Source: Ascidiella aspersa (Eukaryota). Taken from it: DNA of 64,000 bases. The translations under genes were made by a program, and so were the position numbers. Where the stretch lies: positions 6,262,001 to 6,326,000 of the forward strand of contig OZ004609.1 of the NCBI GenBank assembly GCA_963924565.1, read 5' to 3'. The notes under the pieces were generated by a model. That model was not told where the DNA came from, searched no databases, and saw only the letters and a list, made by a program, of their open reading frames with translations. This document shows, piece by piece, positions 12,882 to 26,813 of the stretch (the stretch's first letter is position 1; each line of letters opens with the position of its first letter).

Positions 12882-15800
12882 TTAAAATGTTGCGTCTGCA
12901 ATACAACACAATATATTCTATAGAAATAAACATGATAAAACTCTTCTTTGGGAATACACAAATAAGATTTGTACATTGATAGATCAGATTTCCATCAGTG
13001 CGCTATACAGCAGCCTAATCAGCAGGCGAATTTAATATTTGAAAAAAGAATTAGATCGTTATTTGGAACAAACGGTTGCTATTTTATTGAAAGTGAAACA
13101 TATAGCTGCCGTTATGATAAATGTGTTACATGAATTTTAAATTTGTGTGGCAATCCGGTTTGAATGCCCTACCTTGCTTAGTTAGATTATAATCATAAAA
13201 ATGGGATAAAGGTTAACCATATGCTATATTACTAGCTGTTATTACAACAACAAGGTAATAACATACTTAACAAGAAGTGATATAACATATACCGCCAAAC
13301 AGTTATTAGGCCTATACTTTCCATAGTAGACATGCTGTTAAAAGCCAACCTTTTGTTTGTTACATTCCGAAGTAAGCCAAATACCTTTAGTAATCGCAAT
13401 AACACTGAGCGCCAAAAAAGATACACTTGCTTACCATAGCAAAAGTTACACGTTCGCGCGCAATGTGCCCTCATAAATGTTTGGTCGCTGACACATAAAC
13501 CCTCCTTCTTCCACAGCACGCAGTCACTGTATAATAATAATTAAATAACGTATGAACCTAAAATATACCTAACCCAAATAGCAAATAATACAGGGAACTG
13601 ACTGCTGTGACTACATGGGTTTCAATCATTTAGAGCAGTCATAAAAATTTAAAAATCAATTGTTGGATGAATGAATTGTGAAGTTTGGATCCTGCTAAAC
13701 GAGATTATTGAAATATGCAGTGGTGTTAAATTGTGTTAATACACCATTTTTCTAATAATTTGCAATATCGTCAGTATAACTTCGGTACGTTAAAGGATTA
13801 ACATAACTAGACGTAGGTAGCCTACTTATTTCAAGTATGCAGGTATTTTCGCCTCATAAACATTTTGTGATCTTTAAAAAGGCAGAAATCTGATAAATGT
13901 ATTTCGTATGCCAATCTTTCACGCTTTTAACCAATTTTACTCGAAAGACATCTGTTTTATTTATACACCATGCCAGAGATATCCGATAATTTCGGAACGC
14001 AGTCTATCCCCGATGCAAAGAAGTAGCATTGATACTTGTCCGCTACTTATAGGAATATCGGTTCCGCTATACTACCATTATACTAAGTAAATAAATTAAT
14101 TTCATCCATGATTTTGCGAGCCAACTCAGTGATACCTTAAAAAATAAAACTTATCCAAGTATAGTAGATTTGCCACTATAGAGATAGACTTCTTAGAATT
14201 TAAGCAAAATTAGTGTTACAACCTGGAAAATGCCTTTAAACATTTAAATCTATTTTGCTTGTCTGGCATATAAATTAACGTTGTTTGGTATCGGATCAGA
14301 ACGGGGTCTTTTTCTTTTAAAATATCGGGTAACGGCGTCGGAATAGAAAGTTAAGTATCGGGTGTGCCTTCCCCAAGTACATCTATATGTGCGGTTTAAT
14401 ACACGGAATTATATACGCGCTACAACGTAAAAATGTGTCACACTTTACCGGAATCCAGTATTATCACGAGAAAGACAATCGTCCTTGCACGACTTCGTAA
14501 TGCTCCCCTCTGCAAAACAATAAAAACTGCACTGTTTAGCGTTGATAACTTGTAAGTGTGTTTATAAGCGTAAATATATGGTAAGGTTGATCAACCAGGT
14601 AGAATATCGATAAAGTAGTTGTTTTTTTCATTTAGACCTGATGTGTTACTGCAGAAAGCCTCACCATAGTACATACACATGAGTCGACACGTACCATAAA
14701 AGAAAATAATATTTCACAATGTAAAATTTATTAAAAGTTTAAGCAATCACGCTGGTTCAACGTCTGCAGACTCAAGTAAACGACTGATTAAAAAGCAATC
14801 CGATCTAATCGAATATCTGCAAGAATCCGTGACCTAAGTCCTAAGCAAACCAGAATGGATATCAAGAAAAAAACTCTAATATAACATGAATTTAGGTGAC
14901 ATATAAATTTGAGATAAGAGCCGCATAGAGTTCGCAATTAGCTGGATGGCCGCAAAAGATTTGCTGCAACCAAGTGATTTGATTTACAAAAATAAATGCT
15001 AACTGATCAAACAATTAAAATCAAATATCCCGATATGACTATAGCATAAAGTTAGGAATGTTTAAATACAGGATTACAGAAAGCCTATCATATCACAAAG
15101 AAAATAAAAGGTGTCTTACCTGGACAAAGTCGGCATGTTACTGGACAGAACGCCCTCATAAAATTCGTGTCATTTGCACACAGACCGAAGTGCTTCCAAA
15201 CCATGCAAGAGCTGTAAAATGCGACAAACGTTGACCCTTTAATTCTTAACAACGTCCAACCCGTTTGACATCACTGGTTTATATAAATACTTTTGTTGTA
15301 CTATTTCCTTTTGTAAATGTAAACTGTTGTCGACTGGTCTTAGAAGACACTCTAAAAATTGGTTGTGTGAAAAAATAAAGTAGTTTAAAGAAAATCAATC
15401 ATGGCACATATTACAAAAAGCACATAGTGCTCAAATTGAAAGATGTAATTTAATTTTTTTATTAGTTTGAGTTTTATTTTTCAGGGTGCGATGGTACGCA
15501 CGACGCTTTTGGGTTGAAACGATTTTATCTCAATGGACTGAGACATATTAGAAACCTAATTCAGAATCGCGCGGAGGACAAAAAATGGTGCATTTCCGTA
15601 GTTAACTCGGCAAATGAATATATTTTAGTTGGGGCCTTTGTCAACCATGTAATGACACTATACAGCGATTTTATTTGAAATCTAAACACCTTACCTTGCT
15701 TGAAATATTGTGTTATACGCATCGATATCTTGACAATGTGGCGAGTGGTTCTTCACTGAAAAATAAAGTTTATAAAAAATTAAAATTTAATTAAATAGAA

Positions 15801-18800
15801 AAATGTATAAGGAAATACTTGAAGATTGGAATCTGGCAGAATGCTTGGACATAGTAAAGAACGCATGCTGCATTAAACACGCCGTACATAGTGTTAATTT
15901 TGTTACTATTTACTTTATAATAAACCTTAAAAGAAGATTACATTTTAAGTTAGCTATTGTACCTTTACAGGCTTCACAGGTAAACCGACAGAAGGATCTC
16001 ATAAAAAACGAGTCAGACTGGCAATATCCCGCTCGTTTCAAGATGAGGCAATAACTGGAATGTCAAATTTTATGTCGAATTAATCGGTTTGAGTCGTGTG
16101 GGTGTATAAATTATTGTTACACAAAAAGTTCGACAGTATGCTATATATAGGACAAAATTGACCTCTCCGTAGAGATGCAAGCTGTAACAACATAACGCAA
16201 AGTAGCATTCCACCTACTGTTTGATTAAACACCAGTGCTATGTTCAGGTTTGTAAACAGACGTAAAACTATAGTTTAAAGTGAATAAAGAAAAGGTTGTT
16301 ATACTGCACATTGGAAAAAAACAGGCACCATACCAAATGTTTTATAAAATAAATTAAGCAGTGTAGTAAACAAGTCCGACTTAAGTCAAAGTGAAGTTAT
16401 TTGTGGAATCACAAAAGTCTAAGTCAAGTCTTTTGAAAAAATATCAAGCCCAGTCTAAGTCATCGCCCAAGTCAAGTCATTATCAGAGCGAGATATTTCG
16501 AAGTCAAACCACTAATATAAAAATAAATAGAATATCTAATAAATTTGGTACACTCGTCCGATTATGAGCAATGATTCAACTGAAATATCCAAAAAAACAA
16601 TGTAGCAATCTAATCATTTTTACGTGCAAACCTTTAATTGCTCAATTTTATAATAATAAAATGCTAAATGAAAACACTTAAGACCAAGTCAAGTCATCTG
16701 TCTAAAAGACTTAAGTCAAGTTAAGCCATTTTTTTAAAACGACTTAAGTCAAGTCAAGTCAAGTGATTTAAAAATAATGGCTTAAGTCATTGACTTATGT
16801 CATTATAACAATGGAAATAAGTTCAATTAAGTCAATTGCAAAATAACTTAGTCTCAAAGTGCAGTAAAAGTATTTAGATCAGGGGTTGTTAAACTTTGTT
16901 TTACCGCGGACCCGTAACATTTTTTTGGATTCGCATCGACCACGGAAGTTTTAAAAATGACGTCACAATACAAAGAGACTTTATAAATCTGCTGATTTCG
17001 GTTCCAAAAACGTGAAAGTGAGTTGGAGTCTAACTATACATTCAGTTCAAAACCATTTTTTTTAATTAAACTCTTTTTCTTAAAAAATTGATTACTTCTT
17101 AGAAATACACTAATATTTCAAATTCCTTCAATATTGTAATCACAAATATTTTACAAAACACAAATAACTGATACTTACTCTCGGCTTTCTTTTAGATCCT
17201 CTTGTGCATAATCTCGGCAAAATATAGGAGCTAAAAAATGGTAAAAAAAGTTGTATCGTTTAATTCAAAATATTCGATGGTCTAGAATCCTACCACATTT
17301 TCGCCCGAGGTTTACATTGCTAACCTTATTTGGATTAAGGCGCGAGTTAACGTTAGGGTTTGGGTGGTTCAAGTAATGTAGGCCTAATTTTATTTATTCC
17401 CATTGAACTATCTCTATAATAGTCATTTCGTTTTTGTGAAAAATCGGAGTCTACGTAGGCCAGCCCCAATTATAATTCTACGTAGGCCAGCGTCAAATTC
17501 ATCGCCAAAGTATGTAAAACTAAAAAAAAATTGGGTTCGCAAAAAAATTCAATCTTTGAGTTTCTGTGTTAAAACCAGTTAAATTGTACATTTGTGAATT
17601 GCTTGTTTGTCCGAATTCCGATTGTAATCTAATTTCCGTTTTTGCCAGATAACCAAGTTGGACAGTTACCCAGTAAGAACAAATGTTCAATTATGCACGT
17701 GCAGTCATGCATTCGTAAGCATAAATAGTAGAAATCGTAATTGGTATAATTTTGTTTATTTGGTGAAAAATTATTGTAAAACGATTAAAGGCACTTGTAG
17801 TTCTGCTTTAGTTTAAATTTTAGTATTTTCGATCATAAGGTAAACTCAAAAAATTCAATTCAATTCTAATCTAATTTAAAAGGCTACAAAAAGTTTGGTC
17901 AGTCTACATTAGGGTTAGGTAACCTAAGGCCGGCAAACGCAAATCATGCGGCCCGCGACCTATATCTCAAACAGGTCACGAGGCCATTCCTCATATAGTT
18001 TAGTTATTTCAAATACCATCACGCAATTTTTTTTTTCTTTGCGCATATCTTGTTCCTGTATCGAATGTAACATGTAGGCCATGGTTAAACCCCTTTTCAA
18101 TTACAAAATACCTTGGGTGTATCCCTGGTTAACATAAAATGCGTAAAGTCTACAGGGTTAAAATCGAACTGGCCCGCAGATAACTTTCCGAGTTTGGTTT
18201 TGGCCGGCGACTAGAAAAAGGTTGTCTACATCGAGATGGCTACCTCAGATTACTACCTAAAAGAAATACTTACGTCTGCAGACCCGACACGTGAATGTAC
18301 ATTGGCTTCTCATAAAAGGCGAGTTAACGAAACAGTTTCGGCGTTTGCATTCACTGAAAATAATCGCAGATTTGGTAAAACATGGAAAAACGGCATTTAT
18401 GTCAAGCATATCGCAGCTGAAGAAAATGTTATTGAAATATACGCTAAAGACACAAAATATTTTTAAAAGTTAGAATTCAATGTTTTTATTAGATTATTTC
18501 ATCATATTGACTAAACAGTATAGATACCATTATTTTCAAAAGTACGATGTACTTGAATGTTATTTATGTTTAGTGTTAAATATGTATTCATTTATATTAT
18601 TTTTGCTAGTTAGTTCGCCAACTTTTTAACTTGAGAACATTCGGTGCGCTAATACAAATAAATAAACAAGGTGGTGAGGTAAAATATGGTAAAAAAACAG
18701 GTTGTATTTCACGAGTTCATCATTTTCATTTTATTTTAACTAAGTTGGTGAAACGGCAAAATTCCAAAACATAAGCGCAAAACGAACCTTCTTGCTCCCC

Positions 18801-21800
18801 AAATATCCGAACCTCCAAAACGATCCTTGCATCTTCTTTGCGATGAATTGGGTGTATTCTTTCGAGGAGTAAGTGAATCTAAACAAATTCGCCGTGTAAG
18901 CATAAACCAACCATAAACCAACCTTAAACCCTAAGAAAGTAAAAGTGTGATGCATCAAATCAAAATCAGTAAGAGCTGACGAGTATATATGTCTTGGTAT
19001 CATTTTAGGATTAGAACAAAAAAATTCCACTAATTATTTTGCTAAATACGAATCCGTCGTTCGTCAAAATTAATCTTCCTGTCTGTAACTGAGCACAAAA
19101 ACGTGTTTCCTAGGTATTTTGCAGTAAGGTTGTTATAACAGAGCCAAATAAGCTTGGAATAAATTCACGGTAAATCAGTACACAAATACGATTTATAATG
19201 CAGTTAATTGTAAGGTTTCTTTTCAAGCCTGCAAGTAGCGTCTTGTTGCTCTGTCATCACTTAATGCGATACCAAACATTCCATCTGAGTTTTTCGAGTT
19301 TCGGACATTTAAGTCATGTTTAATTATTATATTATACAAGTCAACAAAGTTATACTCGATTTAATATACACGGGGATCTTTAGGGTAGCAAACGAAATCA
19401 ATGTTTTTTGTCAGTACTATTTAGAAAGAGGGACACAATTTGTACACAAATTTGTTTTGTATGGGTGTTTCTCAATTCAGTCTCAATTTTGTTTAGCCTA
19501 ACTCAAGAAATACCTGGGCAGTACTTCGATTGAATCTGTCGTACATCCTCTTCAGATAAATCCTGCTCATGAATTGGAATTACAAATCCGTGCCTTTGTG
19601 AAAAAATCACGATTAAAGAAACGATTTGTATAACAGTTTTAATATTTTGTACAAAGTGAAGGTTTATACAAAAGGGAAAAAAATATAACCCGGAAAAATT
19701 AGTAACGATTGTGTTTAGTTGCGACGACCGGTTGCAATATGAAATCCGGTAACTTCAAATTTTTTTTTAATTTTGTTTAGTAAATCAGCTGTTATTCTAA
19801 GTCAAAAATGTGCACTAATTTCGCTGTTGCTGACCATCACTTACAGACTATTCGGTTGTTTTTCTGATTCTAAAAGTGAAGTGTTAAATGGCATATTTAC
19901 CCAAATAAAGCTGCACAATATCGTGCTTATAATTATTTTGTTTGGTTGCCAAACAGTTGCCTTGCACGGCAGCCGTAATGATCAATATTTTCAAATACAT
20001 GTGCACGGCATTATAACGTATTATTTACGTCGGTGGTTTTCACTACTGCACGAACCATCTCTCGAACATAGTTGGAATGTTTGTGTCGATTTGGAACGCC
20101 CAGCTGCTGTATTGCATCACAGAATGCAGATCATACCGCGAACCGCTTTGCCACAGTGACCGATCAATCATTTTAAACTGATCCCACATGTCTACAATAA
20201 GAAATATTCGCACTCATAAAAATATAATATAGGTTTGTGACTCAAGTTAGTGCAGCCCAATAATGATTTTGCTGCCGAAAAGGCGACTTAAAACTGTACA
20301 AAATATCAAAAGAATAGGCAAACAAAGTAAATCTGTCAAAAATAAGACATTTTTTAAAATATGTTTTTAGTCATAAAACTGTTGTTTATATTATTCCGCA
20401 CATACAAAGAAAACTATTCATGCAATAAAGAGATTTGATTTATTTTGACACCTGTTTTTTTGCGCTTAGCATTGCCATCAGCTAAGTTCTATTTGTAGGT
20501 AAAGACTATGAAAAAAACACGTTGTAAAACATTGCTTGCGTTAAGAATACGTGATTCGAGTTATATCAGTTTTCAGTCATTGCCCAAACATATTCCGGCC
20601 AAGGGATTTACCAAAGTTTGATGGCACTTTGTTAAATGTACTACTGTTAAACTACCGGTACGGCACAAAATCTGACTTTTTTATCGACATATCCTAATTA
20701 ATCTGCTGTATTACCTTGTGGAATGTTCTTCCAGTTAATTCGCACAAAACGATCGCGGTCTGGTCGCTGCTGCTCGTGGTAAAATCCCAGAATGTGCATG
20801 AGCTCGTGCAAAACGATCCCAACGTCTTCGCCACACTTCTGGCCGAGAAACATCTGAGAAAGGTACAAAATGTTGTCATCTGAATGTGATATAAAATATC
20901 GAAGAAAAACATAAAACGCTTGACGATGTTAAACAACCTTGGGAGGTGGGAAATAAGGGGAAGGCAGTTTGTTTTGAGTCATATGTTAGAAGTGCCAAGT
21001 TGTTAGAAGGTTCTGTGTAGGTCTTAGGTTCATATTATGTTTGGGTTTTGAGAAGGTGCATAGTCAGTATTAGCCGCCAAATTGCTAAACCTTATGAGTT
21101 CGATTCGGAGCCTTTAACTTACGGTTAAACTCAGACATCATATTTTAGAATTATATCATTTTTACGTTGACTTCGTTTTGCAAACTGCCCAATGGTGAAT
21201 AGCAATTCATGGATATAAAGCCTTTGGAAGCACGGTCTTGGTGGTCAGCACTTTATGTTAGAATAAATAAAAGACCCTTTTGGTCTCTGACTGGTTCTGC
21301 ACCTTTTGCTAATCTATAAATAAAAGGTGCCTGTTGGTTCGTACAGTATAGCGAGTTAATACATAAATGATTCTTCTTGTGAGTGTTCAAAACCTGTTAT
21401 TAATATGTTCATTTCCACCTCAGGCATTTTGAGTTTGGGAGAACTGCTTTCACAACTTACACACCAAGCAGTTTGAATTAACTCCCATCTGTTAGATTTC
21501 GGCCAATAGACTTATGAAGCCGTATTGATATGGTTTGCTGCATGTTGTCGGCAAAAGTGCCCATAAGCTTAGCATAAGTCATACCTAATCATACTAAATT
21601 TAGTGATATCTGATTTTAAAAATTAACACACCAATGATTTTTAAACTTCATATGTGGAACAATTTTACAGAGCATAAACTTGGTTATGTCCTGTTGCCAG
21701 CCTAACTCGTTTCAGAGAGTTTTGACGAAAAGTTTATTATTTTGATTACCTGCTGTCCTGCCTCAACATATCCGACGCCTGCCGAGCAATTGAATAGACT

Positions 21801-24800
21801 GTTAGCGCTCAGTTTTATGCTCAAGTATTCAGATTGATTATCCGTCATTGGAGTGAATCTTACGCATGTCTTGTTTTTGTAGATTTCAATCGCTAGCGCC
21901 AAAGCCTGTTGCACAGTTGAACCTGATTGCATACAATTAATTCTGTAGGTTACAATTAATTCCGTAGGAAAGAAAAGTTGAGTCAATTCTCGTTACGTTA
22001 TTTATATGGGATTGTTTTGTAGTCCCAAAGGTTATGTGCTTTATGGAACAATGTTTAGCCTACTTCAGTTATGTAGTTTTCTTAGGTAAATTAATAAGTT
22101 TAAAAATCGTTCATATAAAACTAACTTGATTTGAAATTAAAAATAGCACAGTAGGTAAATTAAAAAAAAATAACACAAAGGAGTATACGCCTTCTTATTT
22201 TATACATTGAGCATGTTGGATCCGGGTTTACCCATTACATTGTTTCTTTAAAGCATGTTTTTTTTAATATTAAATATAAGGAGCACAATCCTTGAGACCG
22301 TACGGTTTTACAAGCTATTGTTTTATTTTCTGCAATGAATGTTATTTCCTGCAAGATTGCATCAAGCTGTATTGTGACACTTACCGCCAGTTTGACACAA
22401 AACTGTACACAGCAAAGCAACAATTTAACAAAACATGAACCAATGCTAGGATCACTGACTGTTTGAGGCATGTTGAAAAAACTCACTTTGGGATGAAAAC
22501 TCACTTAGTTCGGGATCTAGGTGGTAAGGAATGTTGACGTGGCTTCTGTTGTTTGGCCATTCACCCCATGGATTTCGCAGAGCAGCGCGAACCTTCCGAC
22601 TTTTTTCGACTGGTTGTTCTGCTTCGGCGAATATCTTCTCTTGAATTTGGTACGTGGCCTCTATAAATTTGTACAGTTTTGTAAAAAGTCACGTTCCCTC
22701 GGCTTATCACGTTCCCTCGGCTTATCGGCCCAATAATTTTTAGGCTTGTTATTAGTGCGGATCTCACAAATTTTCCAGCTTTTAGTACTTGGCTTGTAGT
22801 CAAAAAAAGCACCCAACATCCGACTTCGAACTTCCCAAACATATTACAGAGCCTCTGTTTGTCTTATTTACGTTGGAAAACCCAAACGAACTCGAAACGC
22901 AAAACATTTCGAAAAGTGTTACTTTTTAAAACAATTTGGACTGTATTTACGGTTATGGAAGTACTCATGTTCTCACAAGCTTTACTTACCATTGACAATG
23001 ATGTCGCCGAAAATGACGCGAGAGGTTGCGCATTCGCACAAACAGTTGCCGTCAGCATCTTTCTCGAAGTTGAGAAGGCAAGTTTTGGTGCAACTTTGCG
23101 GCAGTGTGCACTTCGGAATCAAGTTGTCAAGTGAAGTGATGTATTCATTCGGTGCAGACATGCCTGACAACAATTAAAAGTGAAAAACTATATACTGTTT
23201 GCTGTAAATATGTAGGCCTACTCGTATTAATTAAACTTCATTTGCCCTTTATACATTTTTGCAAGGTAAAACACAATTAAGTATATCGGTTAATTTAATC
23301 TTGGCTTTAGGCAAAAGGCCAATGCGCTTGTGAGGCGAGGACTACTATACTCGTTTGTCAAAGGACTTCGTTGCTGCAATAAGCTAAAGTGTTTAATTTG
23401 CAAAGAGTTTAGCTTATAAAAAGTACGAAAGTATTTACTGTGTCTATGACGAAATTAATTTAAACAACAAGTTTTAGAACCATACAGGCGGTAGGTCTAA
23501 AATAGCTCGTTATTACAAGTAGCAACAATGAGAGTTCTTTATAGCATCAATGGGAGTTATTTATATGATATGAAGACAGTGGCTTGGAGAAGATTGATTG
23601 ACGAAACTAAAACAGGAGTACTTGTTTCATACTTCCTAGAAAAGCCGTTAAGTTAACTAGAACTTGGTATTTTCCAGCCTGATAACCATGTTATAAACAA
23701 GTGAATTGAAATCTAACTAAAACCCTAGTCTAGTCATTTTGCAAAAATATCAATGTCAAGTACCGATCTAATCATTATAAGAGCAAGTCAATTTCTCATG
23801 TCATTGACATAAAATAAATTGTTAAACTATTCAATTCGTTTAACCTGTCTGTTTATGCGAATTAACAATCCCGAATCCCGGGAAATTTTTTTTATAATCC
23901 CGGTTATTCGACAACATAGCAAAACTTTAAAAATATTGTCGTTTTTGACTAATATAAAGAAAAAAATGGTGTTAACGTCGTTGCCTGGGTTGTTTTATTT
24001 GCGTTCACCAGCGGAAACAATTTAATCTAACAATAAAAATGCGTCATAAATGCGTTTTTTTTAAATAAAAACAAATAAGGGTCCTGACTTTTATAAGAGA
24101 AGGTCTTGTAAGATTGCTGAAGCAATACTACAGAACATAAATATGCGCTTCTTCAGTTATCGACTTATAAATTAATTAAAAAACGGTCTTCAAATATCGC
24201 ATACCACAACGCACATTATTTGAGTTAGGGTACGGGACTGCGGGTAAGCGTTTGGGTGAGGGTGGGAAAAGTGTTATTATTAATAACAAACATAATAATA
24301 CTTGACACACCCTCACCCAAACGTTAAATTGCACCCTAACCCAAATAAAATGGTTTGGTATGCGTTATTTGGTATGCGATCGTTGTTTATGTGGTATGCG
24401 ACCGTTGTTTTTTTAATAATTTATACGTTCATGACTGAAGGAGCGCCTATTTATGTATATTTTTTTTGTTTTGTTTTTTGCATAACTTTCCACGTACATA
24501 AGTGAAAGAATGCCCATAAATGAGCTTAATTAAATGTTTGGAGCTAAAATAAAAATGTCATAATGACGTAATTTTATGTATAATTATTTCGTCGGGATCC
24601 CGGAATTCCCGGGAAGTTTCATTTTTCAATCCCGTTGAAAAAATCCGGGAAAAAGAGGAACCCTAGTTTATACTAATTTTAATCAAAATATTTATTGGGT
24701 TTCGCTTCTTGAAGACATACTTTTGTAACAGGCGTTTACCAAAACTAATTGTTCTTTGAAATCGCAAAACATGCACGGTTTTCAAGGTAACGTTTTTAAC

Positions 24801-25029
24801 TTATCCATAACACATTGACTATTTCACTATTGTAAAGTTGACGGCCTTAAAACTCTATTCGGCAATGTTTAAAGCACTATAATAACTGCCTATGTATATT
24901 CAATGCCAAACTATAAAACACTTTAAATAAAGGTAAGGAAATAAAGATTAATATGAACTCCTCACCTGCAATTACGCAAAGCAAACTAACCAACACGAAC
25001 TTCCACATTAGAATTTCCGAGAAGCACAT
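12882..25029 (-). CDS. Secreted astacin (M12A) zinc metalloprotease with antistasin-like prodomain module and four ShK domains
   Basis: Exons 25029-24966 (signal peptide), 23163-22990 (Cys module + FGDII), 22660-22505 (RKVR/AALR site, WPN..IPY), 21922-21750 (TCVRF), 20853-20715 ([19 protein letters not shown]), 20191-20056 (Met-turn YDLHSVMQY), 19593-19514 ([14 protein letters not shown]), [one small exon unresolved], 18353-18274, 17230-17179, 16054-15963, 15755-15695, 15211-15120, 14509-14449, 13526-13435, 12895-12882 (stop). AATAAA on minus strand at 12685-12690. Confidence 0.9.
16359..16813. mobile_element. Family B GACTT MITE, reverse orientation, decayed
   Basis: AAGTCAAGTC repeats, ends CAGTGTAGTAA / TATAACAATG. 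Confidence 0.7.
24184..24410. repeat. Palindromic repeat (CGCATACC/GGTATGCG, GGGTGAGGGT/ACCCTCACCC arms) inside a larger CCCGGGA-rich element (~23830-24665)
   Basis: Imperfect inverted arms visible by eye in astacin intron 1. Confidence 0.55.
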
Positions 25030-25130
25030 CTATCATTGAACAGCTAAATTGCGAGTTATTACTTATGGTTGGACGAGAAAAGGCCTAACACGTCGGAGCG
25101 TTATAAGACATGTGTAGGAGCGTCGTTGTT

Positions 25131-25137
25131 ATTTATA
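25131..25137 (-). promoter_or_regulatory. Candidate TATA box of the astacin-ShK gene
   Basis: TATAAAT on the minus strand ~100 bp upstream of the signal-peptide ATG. Confidence 0.4.
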
Positions 25138-26111
25138 GCTGGTCTTCGCACCTCCCACTAGTCTACGGAATCACCACAAATTTGTTTTCACTTTTTCTTT
25201 GTTTTACAATTCTCTCAACCAAAACAGCCCATATCATCATATGTTGTTCGAGCCAATTATTAGCTTGACCCAACTTTGAGTTACTTTTCGCTTACATAAT
25301 TGAAAAAAGGTGTGAAATGGTTTCCATACGCGATTATGGGTGCAAATAATGGTCGGTAGGCGTGATTTGAGGTATCATAGTAAAATGATCCTTACAAATT
25401 TATAAATTCTGAGTTTTATAAAGAGGGGTTCTGCAAAAAGTGAATCGTTGACACTTCGACGTAAACTATTTTTTTAGATGTTAAAACGTTTTATCATATG
25501 GTAGACCGCTTAAGCTTCCTTGAAACATTCGCAATCCCTTACAATAGTAAAACACAGTTCAAATTAATCACAGTACAAAATTTAGTTAAGATTCAGTTCA
25601 GTAGTCACATCAAGAACCTATTATATACAATCCGTCAAAATATTTATTATAACTAAAACCTAATGAGACGAAAGTAGTCCGACTTAACGTTTTAGCCAAT
25701 AAAAAGAGATGCTGTGTAGAGTATTTCACTATCTAATATTTTGTTTTATTGTTTCCTACCATCTCTTCTCTATAAAAATCAAAATATTTATGTTACAAAC
25801 GCAAATTTCAGGGTTTGGATCGTAAACTAAAAAGGTTAAACAAATTGTATCGACCATAAACAAAGTAGGCCTACATTAAAAACATTTGTAATGGAACAAC
25901 GTGCCTTAAGAAAGTGCAACAAAACACATTGTAGGTTGACAACAAAAGAAGATGTCACAACAAGTAACAATTTTGTATAAATCACCCGAAGCAGGAAATT
26001 ATGTTGTTTAATAAAGGTTTCACAAAAGGCAATATTTAGGACGTTAACTTGATGCCAAAATATAATAAAAATACAATTTAAGCCGAACTAAATTCGTTTA
26101 ATATTTAGTTG

Positions 26112-26813
26112 TTAAATTTTCTTGTACAAAACTTGGGCCGTTTTATGAATTGGAGATAGCTTCAAGTCAGGTTTCAATCCGGTTTGAGGGTCAATGTAGT
26201 CAGCATACCTCACTTCTCTCAACACACAGTAGCCTTCCGATTTTGCAGCCATTTGAAGATAAAGCGAGCCGACGAAGGACACATAATATTCGCATCCTTT
26301 TTCTTTGGCAAGACTTGACATAATCTCGCCTAAAATGCCACCCAAGCCCCTCGAACGATAATCCCATTTTGTGCAGGTGAATCTTCCGCAAATATAGCGA
26401 TCGGTGTTTAAATCAGTAAACACATCGCCAAACAGCTGATCTATAAATCGAAGATATACAGCGTTTGCTTCACTGAGGGTTGGTGTGATTTTGTGAAGTG
26501 GGTTCCTATCTGCTTTGCGCTCTACAGAGGTTATCATCATGGCCGCAAGTATGTCAGTCTGTTTTTCGACAAAACCAAGAGAAGTGTTACTTTTCAAATA
26601 TTTTTCGGTCACCTTGGCTTGAGAAATTTCTAATTCTTTTCGGGGTAAGTTAAATATTTCGAACACTGGTTTGCTAGTGTAATCACTGGAGAGCAGTTTG
26701 TTAACTTGTCCTAAATACTTTTCGTTCAACACTTTGCAAACCAGGCCAGGTGAAACTTCAGCACCATTGCGTTTTAGAAGTACTTCCTTTATAAACTTTG
26801 CTGACAAAGCCAT
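26112..26813 (-). CDS. GNAT N-acetyltransferase, insect-type arylalkylamine/dopamine NAT-like, paralogue 1 (233 aa, intronless CDS)
   Basis: Acetyl-CoA motif A YRSRGLG; C-terminus SLYLQMAAKSEGYCVLREVRYADY...PIHKTAQVLYKKI parallels the insect AANAT SxxSxxxxEKLGF...ADY...PH...MxK pattern. Confidence 0.85.
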   Translation of the reverse strand: MALSAKFIKEVLLKRNGAEVSPGLVCKVLNEKYLGQVNKLLSSDYTSKPVFEIFNLPRKELEISQAKVTEKYLKSNTSLGFVEKQTDILAAMMITSVERKADRNPLHKITPTLSEANAVYLRFIDQLFGDVFTDLNTDRYICGRFTCTKWDYRSRGLGGILGEIMSSLAKEKGCEYYVSFVGSLYLQMAAKSEGYCVLREVRYADYIDPQTGLKPDLKLSPIHKTAQVLYKKI

